From Vicugna vicugna (Eukaryota), in contig MU058836.1 of assembly GCA_013265495.1 (NCBI GenBank), positions 434,001 to 498,000 on the forward strand: a DNA stretch of 64,000 nucleotides. Direction: 5' to 3'. Both the position numbers and the translations under genes were made by a program. Positions 22,401 to 35,110 of the stretch are shown piece after piece (within the stretch, counting starts at the first letter, position 1; the number at the start of each line of letters is the position of its first letter). The notes beneath the pieces were generated by a model. The model saw only the letters and a list, made by a program, of their open reading frames with translations. It searched no databases and was not told the origin of the DNA.

Positions 22401-25400
22401 GGATCCTGGGACAGCAAGGAGACCGGTCTGCCCGAGACTGGAGGGTGTGTCGGGAAGTTAGTGGGAGGAGGGTTGGTGCGGTGAGGAGAAGCAGAACCAA
22501 ACTGTAGGGGTCATTAAGACCAGGAAGGGGTCTTTAGATTGTTAAGAAACAGGATAAACAAAACAAGACCAGAGGCAAGGTCCCCATCCCCTTTGGAAGT
22601 GGGAGGGTGCTTTTGAACTATGAGCGCCTTAAGAATGCATGCGCATTGAAAGCAGTCATGGGAGGTAGGTATCCCTTTTGAAGATATCTGCAAAGATTTT
22701 TTTCCTTCTGATTACAAGAGTAATACCTACTTACGATTAAAGAGCAACTTTATTGCAATACGTAATTCAAAATGCGAGGGTTTTCCATAATGCCAGTTTC
22801 CTGGCAATCTAACAACCGTCTGCTATAGAATCACCAAAAGGTTTGTTCTTTGCATATACAGACAGGTGCTGCTTTGTTATTTTCATTTTTTTTCAAAACT
22901 GGGACCGTAATATCCAAACTACTTTTTTTCATGTTTCTGTCTTCACTTGAAAGCGTCTGTCACTAATTGACTCACCATAGTTTCAAAACATGAAGGTCCA
23001 TATTGCAAAACCAACACCACCAACAACAAAATTTCCCTTCAGATAATAAATGTTGAGTACTTAAAGGCTTCAAGTATATTTGTGTGTATGCGATACATGT
23101 ATTTAAGGTGGGATTCTCAGAATTACATAAGGCCTTCAAGGCTTTGCCAATCAAAAATTCACTCGTTTATTTCATTTTAAGATTCATTCATCTCCTAAAA
23201 ACTGACTTAAGTAGTCTGTTTTGCTACTGCTTAAGACTTAATACATTTGAAATATTGGCAAATAGTCTGTAAGTTAAATGGCCCAATCAGGATTGCAGAC
23301 TGTCTAGACTATTGAGAGTAATGAGCTGAAGGTGAGGTTCTGCTAGGGGATAGATAAAAAACGTGCTGGGAGCTTCTGATCTTTGCGTTCACTTGCCTTC
23401 CTGGACATGCCAAATAGCTTATAATTATCGATTATCATAGCTGTCTCCCCAACTAAACTGAGTGCCCTCTGAGGTCAAGGACTGTTTCAGAGTCTTAGCA
23501 CTTGGCAGGCCATTCAGTAAATATTTCTTGATTTGAATTAGGGCCACAAAATCAACCACACACAAGAAGAACGGGCAAAAGGATAGTTTTAACAATAGTT
23601 TATGTGTGAAAGAGCCTGGGAGTTTTAGTGACTGGGAGCTTGGTTATGTCACGCGAGATCTGGAAAAAGCCAAGGGGGTCAGGCTTGTGTGTACCATGAC
23701 GTCGCACATTTTCCTCAGTCACGCCTCTCCCCTCCAGTTAACTAACTTCGGTCTTCCCCGAAGTGACAGCGCCATATCCCTTTCAGCTCTGCAACCAAAG
23801 TGACTAATCTTTTTCCTCCAGGCAGCCAAGAGAAGGAGTGAGTACAGTTCTTCCTTTCTGCCACCTGTTGAGAGCATTTCCGCTCCCTTCAGTTCATGAA
23901 TGGTCCCTTTTCAAATGCCTGCTCTCTGCTTACTTCCTTCTCCTTATCTCCTGGAATGTTCTGTCACCTTCCTCAGTGAAGTCCATGCCCAGCTTACAGC
24001 CTTCCTTTTCACTCCAGCCATGACCATTGTGCTCTGGAATTTCAGTATGCTACACTCAATGATAATGCCAACATATTGGTCTCCTCAGCTGGAGAGATTT
24101 CCCTCCTTCTTGGATTCTACCACCCATCAACTGGCTGGATTTACCATAACCACTGTACCTCGAGCATTCTCAAATTCTCTCTAACCACTGCCTAGCCTAG
24201 ACCCTTGGGTTACCCATTTCAAAGGGGCTTTCTCCAGCATCTTTGTGTCTTTACCCACCTTGTCCTTTTCTGGTTTCCAACTTGCCAGACCGCAACCCAG
24301 AGTAACTCTCATACTGCATGCGCTTCCTCTGATTTTCTCCAGTCTTCCTGGCTCTAATCTCAAGCTTTCCCAGTTTGTATGCAAGGTTATCTTTGTTAAC
24401 CACAAACCGGATTTACTTTTAAAAATATAAGTTTGAGCTTGTTCAGATTTCTCCCCCTATAACATCAGTTTATTTCTGAGTCTCCTAAGGTGCTTTCCTG
24501 AGGGAAAGAGCCAGGCCTGGGGTCACAGCCAAGGTGATAGATGTTGCAAACAGCTGCCCTGTTTCCCTTGCCTGCCCCGGAGCTAACGGTGCATAAATGG
24601 AGTGAACAGCTCAGGGGTTCGTAGCTGTGGTATCATGAATTATTGTTCTGTACTTGGGAGCTGTGTTTCCTGTTACTCTGATTTTATAGTATTCTAAAAT
24701 TTTGCCCATGAGGAAGTTTTTAATGAGGAATTCAGAGAAAGAAAGAGGAAGAAATTCACATCTACCTTGCAAGCAAGAATAATGTCCGTAAGAAGGAACC
24801 GCCCTTGTGATTAACTCGATTAAAGGCAGACAGGAAAGTATAAGTAGCGTTCCCAACTAACTAACACATTAAAATCAGTAAATTCTGTATTTAGTTAACA
24901 TGGAAGTCAGATCATTTTTGCACCTACATCTATAGTATACTTTTGCATCTTGGTTATGTTACCTGCATAGTGGAGGGCTGGGGGGAAAAAAGAACTCTAA
25001 AAAATAATTAAGTCCAATGTTAAAATACAAGGCGGAAAGATTTACTTTATTCACTCTTCTTTTTCCCCCCCCCCAGTGTAGCTTCACAAGAAGGTTTACA
25101 TTCTTTTCACTCTTATTTCTTCCTCTTCTAATTCCCTGGGACATTATCTAAGTCACAGAATCACAGTTTCCCTAGGAAAGGATGTGGGGTACGTACAAGT
25201 CCGCCCATTATGTGTTGCTGGAGCAGAAGAGTGGGAACTACAGGTGGAGGGTTCTGTTTAAGTCAAGAACAGGCTTAAGGTTTGGTTTATTTACCATTTT
25301 CTAAACACAGAGAAGGTAAAAACAACGTACGAGAAAGCAACTTTCATGATACACTGAGTAAATTGGTGGTTTTTAATCCTGGTCGTCGTAATCCCAAAGA

Positions 25401-25446
25401 AAGGAGACGACCGGATTGAGCTGTAAAGGTGAGCAGGGCTGCGCCC

Positions 25447-26351
25447 CGCCCCAGGCTGGCCGCGGGGACCGGTGGAGCTGCTCCTCTCGGGCCCCTGGGC
25501 TTCCTGTCTCCAGACGTGTGGGGTGAAGGTGATTGACAGCAACAGGTCAGCAACACATGGGACGCAGGAAGTCCTGCTCCAGGAGTCTGGTGGCCATGGC
25601 TCTCCTCAGGCACTCCTGCTCTGGGCAAGCATCTTAGGGTTTGGATGGCACCTCTTCCCCATCTCGGAATGATTTCTCCCTACTCCCACCCCCAATTTTG
25701 GAGTGGCGCTGCAGTACTGGCATGGAGCGTGGCTCTTCCTGTGTATCGCCGGCTTCATTTTGATAGAACGAAAGCCAGGAGGACCCCTTTTGACCCAGCT
25801 GGAGCTAGTGAACATTAGGGGCACATGATCTTTTCAATATCAGCTTTCTGTAGAGATCATCTCTTAGTATTCTGCGTGGGGATGGGGGACCGCTGAGTTT
25901 GCAGTCCACATCCAGAAAGTACCACCTGCATTGTAGCCTGTGAACCGCCGGCCTGTGCAGCCTCAGGCGGAGGGCCTGACCACCTGCATGCTAAGTTACT
26001 TACCTTATCTGAGCTGCAATTTCTTTTTTTCTTAATTAAAAAAAAATTTTTAATTGAAGTATAGTCAGTTTGCAATGTTGTGTCAATTTCTGGTGTACAG
26101 CATGATGTTTCAGACATACATATACGTACATATATTTGTTTTTATATTCTTTTCCCTTATAGGTTAATACAAGATACTGAATATCGTTCCCTGTGCTGTA
26201 CAGTATAAACTTGTTGTTTATCTATTTTTTATATATAGTAGTTAGTATCTGCAAATCTTAAGCCCCAATTTATCCCTTCCCACCCCCTTCCCCCGCTGGT
26301 AACCATAAGTTGTCTATGTCTGTGAGTCTGTTTCTGTTTTGTAAATAAGTT
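25447..26351. repeat. 905-bp direct repeat, copy 1 (left of assembly gap)
   Basis: Matches 26521-27425 at offset 1074; one difference noticed (C26003 vs T27077). Confidence 0.95.
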
Positions 26352-26520
26352 NNNNNNNNNNNNNNNNNNNNNNNNNNNNNNNNNNNNNNNNNNNNNNNNN
26401 NNNNNNNNNNNNNNNNNNNNNNNNNNNNNNNNNNNNNNNNNNNNNNNNNNNNNNNNNNNNNNNNNNNNNNNNNNNNNNNNNNNNNNNNNNNNNNNNNNNN
26501 NNNNNNNNNNNNNNNNNNNN
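26352..26520. other. assembly gap (169 N)
   Basis: Directly visible. Confidence 1.
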
Positions 26521-27425
26521 CGCCCCAGGCTGGCCGCGGGGACCGGTGGAGCTGCTCCTCTCGGGCCCCTGGGCTTCCTGTCTCCAGACGTGTGGGGTGA
26601 AGGTGATTGACAGCAACAGGTCAGCAACACATGGGACGCAGGAAGTCCTGCTCCAGGAGTCTGGTGGCCATGGCTCTCCTCAGGCACTCCTGCTCTGGGC
26701 AAGCATCTTAGGGTTTGGATGGCACCTCTTCCCCATCTCGGAATGATTTCTCCCTACTCCCACCCCCAATTTTGGAGTGGCGCTGCAGTACTGGCATGGA
26801 GCGTGGCTCTTCCTGTGTATCGCCGGCTTCATTTTGATAGAACGAAAGCCAGGAGGACCCCTTTTGACCCAGCTGGAGCTAGTGAACATTAGGGGCACAT
26901 GATCTTTTCAATATCAGCTTTCTGTAGAGATCATCTCTTAGTATTCTGCGTGGGGATGGGGGACCGCTGAGTTTGCAGTCCACATCCAGAAAGTACCACC
27001 TGCATTGTAGCCTGTGAACCGCCGGCCTGTGCAGCCTCAGGCGGAGGGCCTGACCACCTGCATGCTAAGTTACTTATCTTATCTGAGCTGCAATTTCTTT
27101 TTTTCTTAATTAAAAAAAAATTTTTAATTGAAGTATAGTCAGTTTGCAATGTTGTGTCAATTTCTGGTGTACAGCATGATGTTTCAGACATACATATACG
27201 TACATATATTTGTTTTTATATTCTTTTCCCTTATAGGTTAATACAAGATACTGAATATCGTTCCCTGTGCTGTACAGTATAAACTTGTTGTTTATCTATT
27301 TTTTATATATAGTAGTTAGTATCTGCAAATCTTAAGCCCCAATTTATCCCTTCCCACCCCCTTCCCCCGCTGGTAACCATAAGTTGTCTATGTCTGTGAG
27401 TCTGTTTCTGTTTTGTAAATAAGTT
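26521..27425. repeat. 905-bp direct repeat, copy 2 (right of assembly gap)
   Basis: Starts exactly at the gap's right edge; duplicated ORF translations in the track confirm the match. Confidence 0.95.
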
Positions 27426-27496
27426 GATTTGTGTCTTTTTTTTTTAAGATCCCACATATGAGTGATATCATATGGTATTTTTCTTTCTCTTTCTGC
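27100..27496 (-). mobile_element. 5'-truncated L1 3' end (artiodactyl/camelid type) inserted in a MIR; partial duplicate at ~26026-26351
   Basis: ttttaattgaagtatagtcagttt...ggtaaccataag...cccacatatgagtgatatcatatggtatt is a typical antisense L1 3' end; MIR halves on both sides. Confidence 0.85.
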
Positions 27497-27984
27497 GAGC
27501 CATGGTTTCTTGTAGGTAAAATAATGGTGCCTACTTCATGGGATCAAATGAGATAACGTGAAAATGCTTTCCTAGTCTAAATTACTACAGAAATCTCAGA
27601 CATTATTAAAGCAGAGCGGAAGCAAATTCCTTGTCAATTGATGATCATTTGTCACCAGCCAGAGATTGATGAGGATTTTTTTTTAATGGAAAAGGGAAAA
27701 AAAAATTCATGTCTTGGCTTGGAAGCTGAATGAAATCTTTTTATAACATGAACTGTTTTTTGGGAGTTTAAAATAATTCAGTGTTTGGAAAGTGGCGTTT
27801 AATCTGGAGTCCTGTTGATTTAAATTTATTTGAACTTTGGGGCTCAATTGAACCCACCCACACAAGAAACTCCTTAGCATTTGATGTCCTGATGAGTGAG
27901 TGTAATGCATTGAGAAGTCCCAAAGTCAGACATTAGAATGATGATGATGATTAGCATTAATCATTATATATAAATTTTAATTAA

Positions 27985-28200
27985 TGATAGGTATCATTTG
28001 TTGTGTGTCTGTTAAATGCTTTACGAACATCATCTCATTTCATTGAATCCACACAATTCTATGAAGCAGGAGCTTCCATAACCAGCTCCCTACTGTTTTC
28101 AGAAGGTGGAACATGGACTTTAAGAAAGGTTACTTCCTGCTACTCCCTGGCAGAGTTGAGGTTAGGGTAGAGACGGCCTGACTCCAAAGCTCTGTCTCCT
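27985..28200 (-). mobile_element. MIR SINE (degraded)
   Basis: taaatgctttac...atctcattt...cctgactccaaagc. Confidence 0.6.
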
Positions 28201-28679
28201 GTTGTCACCCTGTCTTCCTAAATCTCAGTTCTCAGGTGCGTTATTTTTCCCTTGGAGAGTCTAAAACAGGGAGCTCTCTGAGCTCCAGGAAAGTGCTGTG
28301 TTTTAAATATGAAAGCCATTCTTAGATTATGACCTCCTGCAGTTTTATTTGGAGTTGCAGTCTTAGCCTCTAAATCTCTTGAAAGAACCAATACTGCCAG
28401 CTTACTCTTCCTCACCACTTGTTCAGTTTTCTCAAAATGCTGGAATCTTTTCTGCCATCCGCATTTTATTGAAACCACTCGCGAAGTGACGGCTGCTGGC
28501 TGCCTCTAGGGACATCCTCTCTGGGAAGGAGTCGTTCCTTCCTTGTTTACACCTGCTGCCGCCGCCTCTCCTCCCCCGCCCTCTCTGGGATCCTTTGCAA
28601 TGTGACTTTGGCCCTAGCACGTTAATGAAACGGCTTTTACAAGGGTGGACAGTGACTCCAGATAAACAAGTCCACGGCC

Positions 28680-29625
28680 TCTGCTCCTGCCTCATCCTTT
28701 TTTCGTCCGTGGCATTTAAAACTGCCGACCTTCTTCCAGGGAGATTCTCCTCCCGTGGTTTTGGTCCTACTGCCAGGTCCCACAGGCTCTCCGCTGGCCT
28801 CCCTGATACCCTCTCTCTACCCTGTTTTCACTGCTTTTCCTCCAGCTGCCATCACATAGACCCCGCTCTGGTCCTCAGTCCTCTCCTCTGCGCGCTCCCG
28901 GTCACACACACACGCAGGCAGCTCTTGCCTTTCCGATGGTGCCTCCAAAATCTCCACCTCTGGCCCTAAGCCCTCAGGTTAAGCCCCAGACCGTCCTTCG
29001 CACTTGCTCCTCACTTTCTCCGCTTGGAGGTCTCGCTCACCCTCCACCTTAAAGGTTCTAAAATGGAACCCGTGAACTTGCTCCCAGACTCGATACCCAG
29101 CTAGAAGCCACAGTCCCCTTGGACCGTCCCGTCAGTCCCTCAGAGGCCTGCTCAGTGCTGTTGTTTCCATCTCCTTACTTCCTCTCATACCACCCCCCAT
29201 CTCTGACCTAAGCCGTGGCCCTGTCCACACCACCTGCAGACTCCTCCCTCCAGTCTACTCCAAGCAAGGCTATGAGCCATATCATCCCCCTGTTCCAACA
29301 GCTCTGCCTGGCCTGTGAACACCAAATCCCCTCTCAGCATTCTCCACGCCCAACACCCAGCTGCCCCTGCTTTCCTCCACTTCCACAGGTCCAGACCCTA
29401 CCTGTCCTTCAAAGCCACGTGCACATTCCTTCACTTCCAGGATGTCTCCCTAGGGTGCCTGCTGGGAGTCAGCACTCCTGCCTCTGAAACCCCACGGTGC
29501 TGTGGCTGACCTCTGGGGCGCACGTGGTCCATTCCGCCAAGTCCGTGATAGTGCCAGAGAGGGAGCTCACTGGGGACGGGGTTTTTGTCCTGTTCATGTT
29601 TACATTCTAAACACCTGGATGTTGC
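28680..29625 (+). mobile_element. L2 LINE fragment (degraded)
   Basis: C/T-rich body with L2-like motifs ending in ggggacgggg-tttttgtcctgttcat; approximate boundaries. Confidence 0.6.
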
Positions 29626-29759
29626 AATCTCAGTATCACTTTCCAGAGTCAATGTCCTATGAATGTAAAAATGAAAGTTGTGTCCTATAGAGAGTCATGA
29701 CAGTAGCTTAAAGCAGTGAATCAAGATTTGAATTTTCAAGGAAAAAAAAAAGGAGGGAT

Positions 29760-29903
29760 GGGGGAGGGTATAGCTGAAGTGGTAGAGCGCATGCTTAGCA
29801 TGCACGGGGCCCTGGGTTCGATCCCCAGTACCTCCTCTAAGAATAAATAAACCTAATTACCTTACCACCACCACCCCCCACCCCCGGCAAAAAAAAAAAA
29901 AAA
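29760..29903 (+). mobile_element. Vic-1-like tRNA-Ala SINE
   Basis: ggggagggtatagct...ggttcgatccccagtacctcc, cctaattacc, C-run and poly(A). Confidence 0.92.
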
Positions 29904-32334
29904 TTTGTGTATTTTCTTTCTGTCTCCAGAGCCCCACTGTCTTCCGGCCTCTCTGCTCACAGCAGGTAGAAATGCCCGTGGGCCTTTGCGCTTTTCTTCG
30001 AGCATGCTCTGATTTTAGTGTGTGTTTCAGTCATCTCTGCTAACACCCGGAGAGCTCTTGAAACATGAGCTCTGATGGTCTCTGTATCTGTCAAGTACTT
30101 CCCATATAGTAGATATAGTATTTGTTATGATTAAACAAACCATTTTAGAAAAAGCTAATGAATCCCGAAGAATCTTGAGTCACTTTACAAAATAGTATTT
30201 GGACCAGTGAGCTGAGTCTAAGTGAGCCCAGGAAATATGTCGTAAGTATCCTTGGGTTGACACACGGGTGTTAAAATGAAGGAGCAAAGTACAGTCAGAG
30301 AAACATTTTGGATGTTGCTGAAGACGCTGTATTTGAAAAACAGACCACAAGATCTTGGCTGACGCCGACACGGTTTTGGTGTTTGCCAGCGTGGGGACAC
30401 ACCACTTGGTTTCCGGGGCTGCTTTGTTATTTTCTTGCACTTGAAAGGTTGGTAGGGAGCAGAAGAGGTGGCCTACTGAGTTTCCATTTTCCCTTCCCGT
30501 AGGTAGGGCCATAATCTGTTTCAGATGGAGGTGTCATGCGTGCTGGAGAAACGGTAGGCGCTGGATTTCAAATGAACAGTTCCAGCCTGCTAGTAAAAGC
30601 CGGAGAGGGGCTCCTCCAGTGGTGTTTTCTACTGAACACCGCCTAGCGTGGAGTCATCGGCCGCCGTCGCTGTTCCATCCTCAGTCAGGAATGAGCTGCT
30701 AGTTGGTTTTCCCGCGCAGTGGGAACGCATTTATGCCAGGCTGCCTTCCCCATCTGAGAGAGAGGCGGTCAGGGCTCCGGGTGTAGTTTATAGGCACAGC
30801 AAAGGTAAAAATGTGAAGCCTTTATCTCGCCTGGTTCCTGCCTAACACCCTCCAGTGGCTGGCTGCTGGGCCTCTGGAAGATTCCAAGCTCAGCGTGGAG
30901 AGCTGATGTTTGCTCCACCTTCCTCTCTGGGGTCACTCCTCACCCCTTCATCCTGCCTCCGTCCCGCTCTGCAGCCCCGTCTGCACAGTCCTGCTCTCAC
31001 ACTCCAGGCCTTGCCGGCCCTTCTTCCTGGAACGTCTTTCTCCACTTCCTTTCACCCGGCTGCCTTGTTACTCCATTCACTGGGCGAATTCTGACTCCTC
31101 CTTGAAAACTTGAATCTGCCGCCTCCGGAAGTCCTCCCACCTCTCCCTGTCTGGCCGCCGGGCCTCCTTGCTGTGCCTCCACCTCTCTGAGCTCTCTTTA
31201 GTGTCAGAGCGCCCATCCCACTGCTGGAGCCGTCTGTCTTCCCATCTCCCGCGGACCATCAGCTTCTTGAAGGCAGAGGCCACCGTGTTATTTCTGAGCC
31301 CCCAGAGCGTGGCAGATTCCCTAGCATGCGTGGGCCCTCAAGTGAGTCATTGAAGTGAGTGAATCTAGACTTCAGGTGTTGACGTTCATGGTACCACTGG
31401 CCACGACCCTCAAAACACCGAAGCACATGGTCATATGGTGGCAGCGCTGTTTCTTGGCACAGACCCTTACGTTTCTTGTGTTGAGTCTTGGACAGACACT
31501 CCGTGCCCAGCTGAGCCGGAAGTTCCCCCCAAAAGCTTAGATGCCCTCACTGCTTATGAAACAAAATCCAAACATCCACACAAGGTAAGAAGTTTGAGAT
31601 AAAACCCTTCATAGATAGTGGGGAGAGCCAACCCACTGACTGATACATCGGAGTATGGATCAGACGGTGAGAAGTGCTGTCGAGAGCGGAAACAAGGTAA
31701 CGGGGAAGAGGCCAGCGTGCAGTGTCGGGTAGCGGGGTTCGGGAGAGGACCACTGATGATGGGGGGCGATTACCACTCCCACCAGCTGGATACCCAGGGA
31801 CCTTGCTCCAAGCTGGAGGGGATGGTGAAAAAACTTGAAAGGAAATAGACCCCCAGAATGGTTGCCAAGAAAGTCTCTGAAGTTTGGGAATTACATTTGC
31901 TCTGCTGTGCCTTTTTGTAGCAAATTGATCTATGCCCATCCTGTGCGCATTGTTATCTCACAAAACAGGGGTGAGTTGTTGCATTATTCAGGTTGAGCCC
32001 TGCCTTTGAGCTGAATCCAAGCACCCCACGGTCAGTCCCCTCCCCATGGCAGCTCTCCTCACCCACAGAGTAAGCCAGCGGGTTGTTGCCAGACAGGGCA
32101 GTGCAGTTGGCCGTGCCCAGAATCGATCAGCCCAGAGCGAGCCGCCGAACACCCACCACGTGCCAGGAGCTGGGATGCCTGTCCGTCACATCTGTTGAGA
32201 GCTGTGTAAGAGGTGCCCGTTCCACTCCATCCTGCAGTCCAGTGGAGGCTATGTATAGAAAACACTCCGTAAACACTAGAAGGCAAGTTATAATTTAGCC
32301 CAAAATATACAATGGAGACTTGAATTGCTGTGGA

Positions 32335-32640
32335 GCTGAGACCCGGTGCCAGGCACTGTCCTTCACACCCTACTCTGCTCTGTTCTCCACGGCGCCCTGT
32401 GAAGGTGCCAGTGTCATCGCCTCCATTTCATAAAATGAGGAACCAGAGATCTGTTTAACTGAGAGTCCCCACAGGGCTACGAGGAGGCTCGCATGCGTGC
32501 TCTGGGTAGCTGACAAGTTGTCTGCTTTCCGGGTGCTCCCTTGGTTTCCCCATCTGTAAAATGGGAAGTAACCCATCCCATTTCATAAGGTTGTGGTGAA
32601 GCTCAGCGAGAGACTTAGTGGAAAAGCCCCTGACGCGCTT
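32335..32640. mobile_element. two MIR fragments in opposite orientation
   Basis: ccatttcataaaatgaggaa (minus core) then gtttccccatctgtaaaatggg (plus core). Confidence 0.65.
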
Positions 32641-34304
32641 GCTAGACCTCTAGCCGCTCAGGCAGTTACAAAGTGAACTTGGGTCTCACTGATCCCTCTG
32701 CTTCTTGGAGGCGGACCCCCTACACCTGAGCCAGGCATCACCAGCGATACTCCTGGGGGTGAGTCTGGAGTGGGTGGGACAGTGTCTCTCCTGAGAACAG
32801 AACCTACAGCTTTCATGGTGATTAAAAACAGCTGAACCGGAGCCAGGATTTTCTTACACTGCATGGGAACAGGTGAAAAGAAAAGGGGAAGAAAAAAAAG
32901 AAAAGGGTAAGAAGCCCACTGGGTGTGTTGGTTCAGAGACTCCCGCTGCTGGGGGACAATTTTAGAATAACTGTGTGCTTTGAAGTGTGGCTGCTCGCTC
33001 CTGTTCTCGCTCAGCCATCGCCTTTCTCACCTGATTTCCATATCTTCACGTAGAGCACTACGTATATCTAAATATATATGCTTAGACTCAGATGCGTTCT
33101 TTCCTCTCGATTCGCTAAGCTTTGGAGAAATCTCTGCCTCCGTTCCCTGTGCGGGCTCTCCCCGCGCGGTTCGTTGCGGGCTCTACATTGTGACCGACGC
33201 CTTGAAGTCAGTGGGTATCTTCCCTCCGGTCAGGGCTTGAGGAGGAAACACAGTGGCCTGGCCCACGGCCCGGGAGCTCTAAATACCATCAGAAGTTGCT
33301 AGCAAGCTCTCGACCGTTGAGGCCAAGTCGCTGATACAAAGAGGCTTTTGTCCTCCGTGTTGTTCATTGGATTTCTCAGCGTGGAAAAGACGTCTGTCCG
33401 ATCTAAACGAGCAGCAGGAGACATTACTTCCTCATCACACCATTCAAAAGAGTCCCAGGTGAGATATGCATTTGGTATTGTAAGACCTTCCCAATTAACA
33501 GCTGCAGATGCCACCCAGAGTTCCCTCCCGAAAAACATTAGAAAGAGGCTCCTTGGGCACATGTTCATTTTGTTTGCCTACAAACTTCCAGCCGGTTTCA
33601 AGAAGGGTTTTTGAGAACACACACTTTGAGTTTACAGATACCTCTTTAGTACAGAAGGAGTACCTTCGATGCTTGTGGATGACCATGGCAGAAAAAGAAC
33701 CTCTTTTCAAAACTGGGGCGTGCAGAGGCCCCGGGGCATGTTCCTGTTTCTCCATTGACTGGCGGGGTGACACGAAGCCATCCCTGCATTTCTGAATGGT
33801 CTTTACTTCATATCTGGGATGAGGGTGCATCTGTGATGGAGGAAACTTGGTAAAACACTTTACCCAGTGAGAAGGTAGTTTAAATACATGGTACCTATTA
33901 CATTTGTGCATTTTTCAAACATCTGTGCATACCAGTGGGTGCAAAACAGGAGAGAGCTGCACACAAAATCATCTAAAGTGAATCCCAGTTGTCCTGATAT
34001 GATCTGTTTCCGAGTTCAGACTTACTGCTGATTTAGGCTGAAAACCAGAAATTGTGCCTGTGGCTTCTCGGGGTGGCAGTGCATTACAAATTTCATGCCA
34101 TTCAAATTCTCAGATGTTCCAGAAGCCATTCTCCGGGTAATTAAAAAAGACCCAGGCTTGTTTTGGTAAAAGTGGATCAGTGTTTCAATGGAACGACTCT
34201 GTTAACCTCAGTGTTCAAAGAGAGAGTGGCATTTGGTTATTTGCCTTTTCCTTTGAAATCTGTGTTTTCCAGAGCACTTTTTGAAGTTTGAACTCTTTTT
34301 GGTT

Positions 34305-35110
34305 CTTTAGAACATTGTTTATTGAACACCTGTTTTGGGGCCAGGCCCTGAACTAAGTTCTGGGAGATAATGAACTTTTTAAAAAGTTATGGATGGATGG
34401 ATGGATATCTTACTTGCAAAGAGATTATTGTCTGGTGGAGGCAAGATAAATTCATCTCCATGCAGCATGTTGAGTACTAGCAGAGGATCCCAAAGGGAGA
34501 ATGGAACAAGTGTATCTAGAAGGATGAAGCAAGACCCTCATAGTGATGGTAAATTTGAACTGAGTTCAGTTTTGAGAGATGGTAAGAGTTTGCCTGGCTG
34601 AGAAGCAAAGGAAGGATATTGGAAGAATGTACAAAGAAGCAGTGAAAAAAGAAAGAAAAAGCACACAGAGTGAATGTGAGGAACCTTCGATGTGGCTGGC
34701 GGTGAACGCTGAGCGGGGAGGGTGTGGGTGTGGAGTGGAGTGGATCTGGGACGATGAAGGCGGGCCGGGCATCGACGTGCAGTGTTTGGGCGTTATGGTC
34801 TCTAAGAAGGGATGAGTGAGTTCCTTGATCATATTTGCTTTCAGTAAAGAAAGGGACCTTAGCGCGAGAAGAAACTTGAAAATAGAAAGCCAGTTAAGAA
34901 GATTTTGCAGTGGAAGTTGACCAGAGGGCCAGAGCAGAAGCTGGGACAGTGGGACAGTGAGGGGATCACAGACACGAATGTTTCAGGAGGTTGAACCAAT
35001 AGGGCTTTTTTTTTTTTTTTTTTTTTTTAATGAAAGAGAGAAATGACATAAATCAAGGATTTGTTGTGATTTCATTGACTGGGTGGATGGTGATGCCATT
35101 GGGGGAAAAT
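34305..35110 (-). mobile_element. L2 LINE fragment (degraded)
   Basis: tttattgaacacct...gccaggccctgaactaag 3'-end pattern and purine-rich body. Confidence 0.6.

Noticed and set aside
23858..23871. CTCF-like motif (TCAACAGGTGGCAG on the minus strand)
   Set aside because: Two mismatches to the core consensus; cannot be supported without ChIP data.
25447..27425. Real tandem duplication or duplicated small genes
   Set aside because: Both copies terminate exactly at gap edges; the duplicated ORFs are intronic or L1-derived noise.
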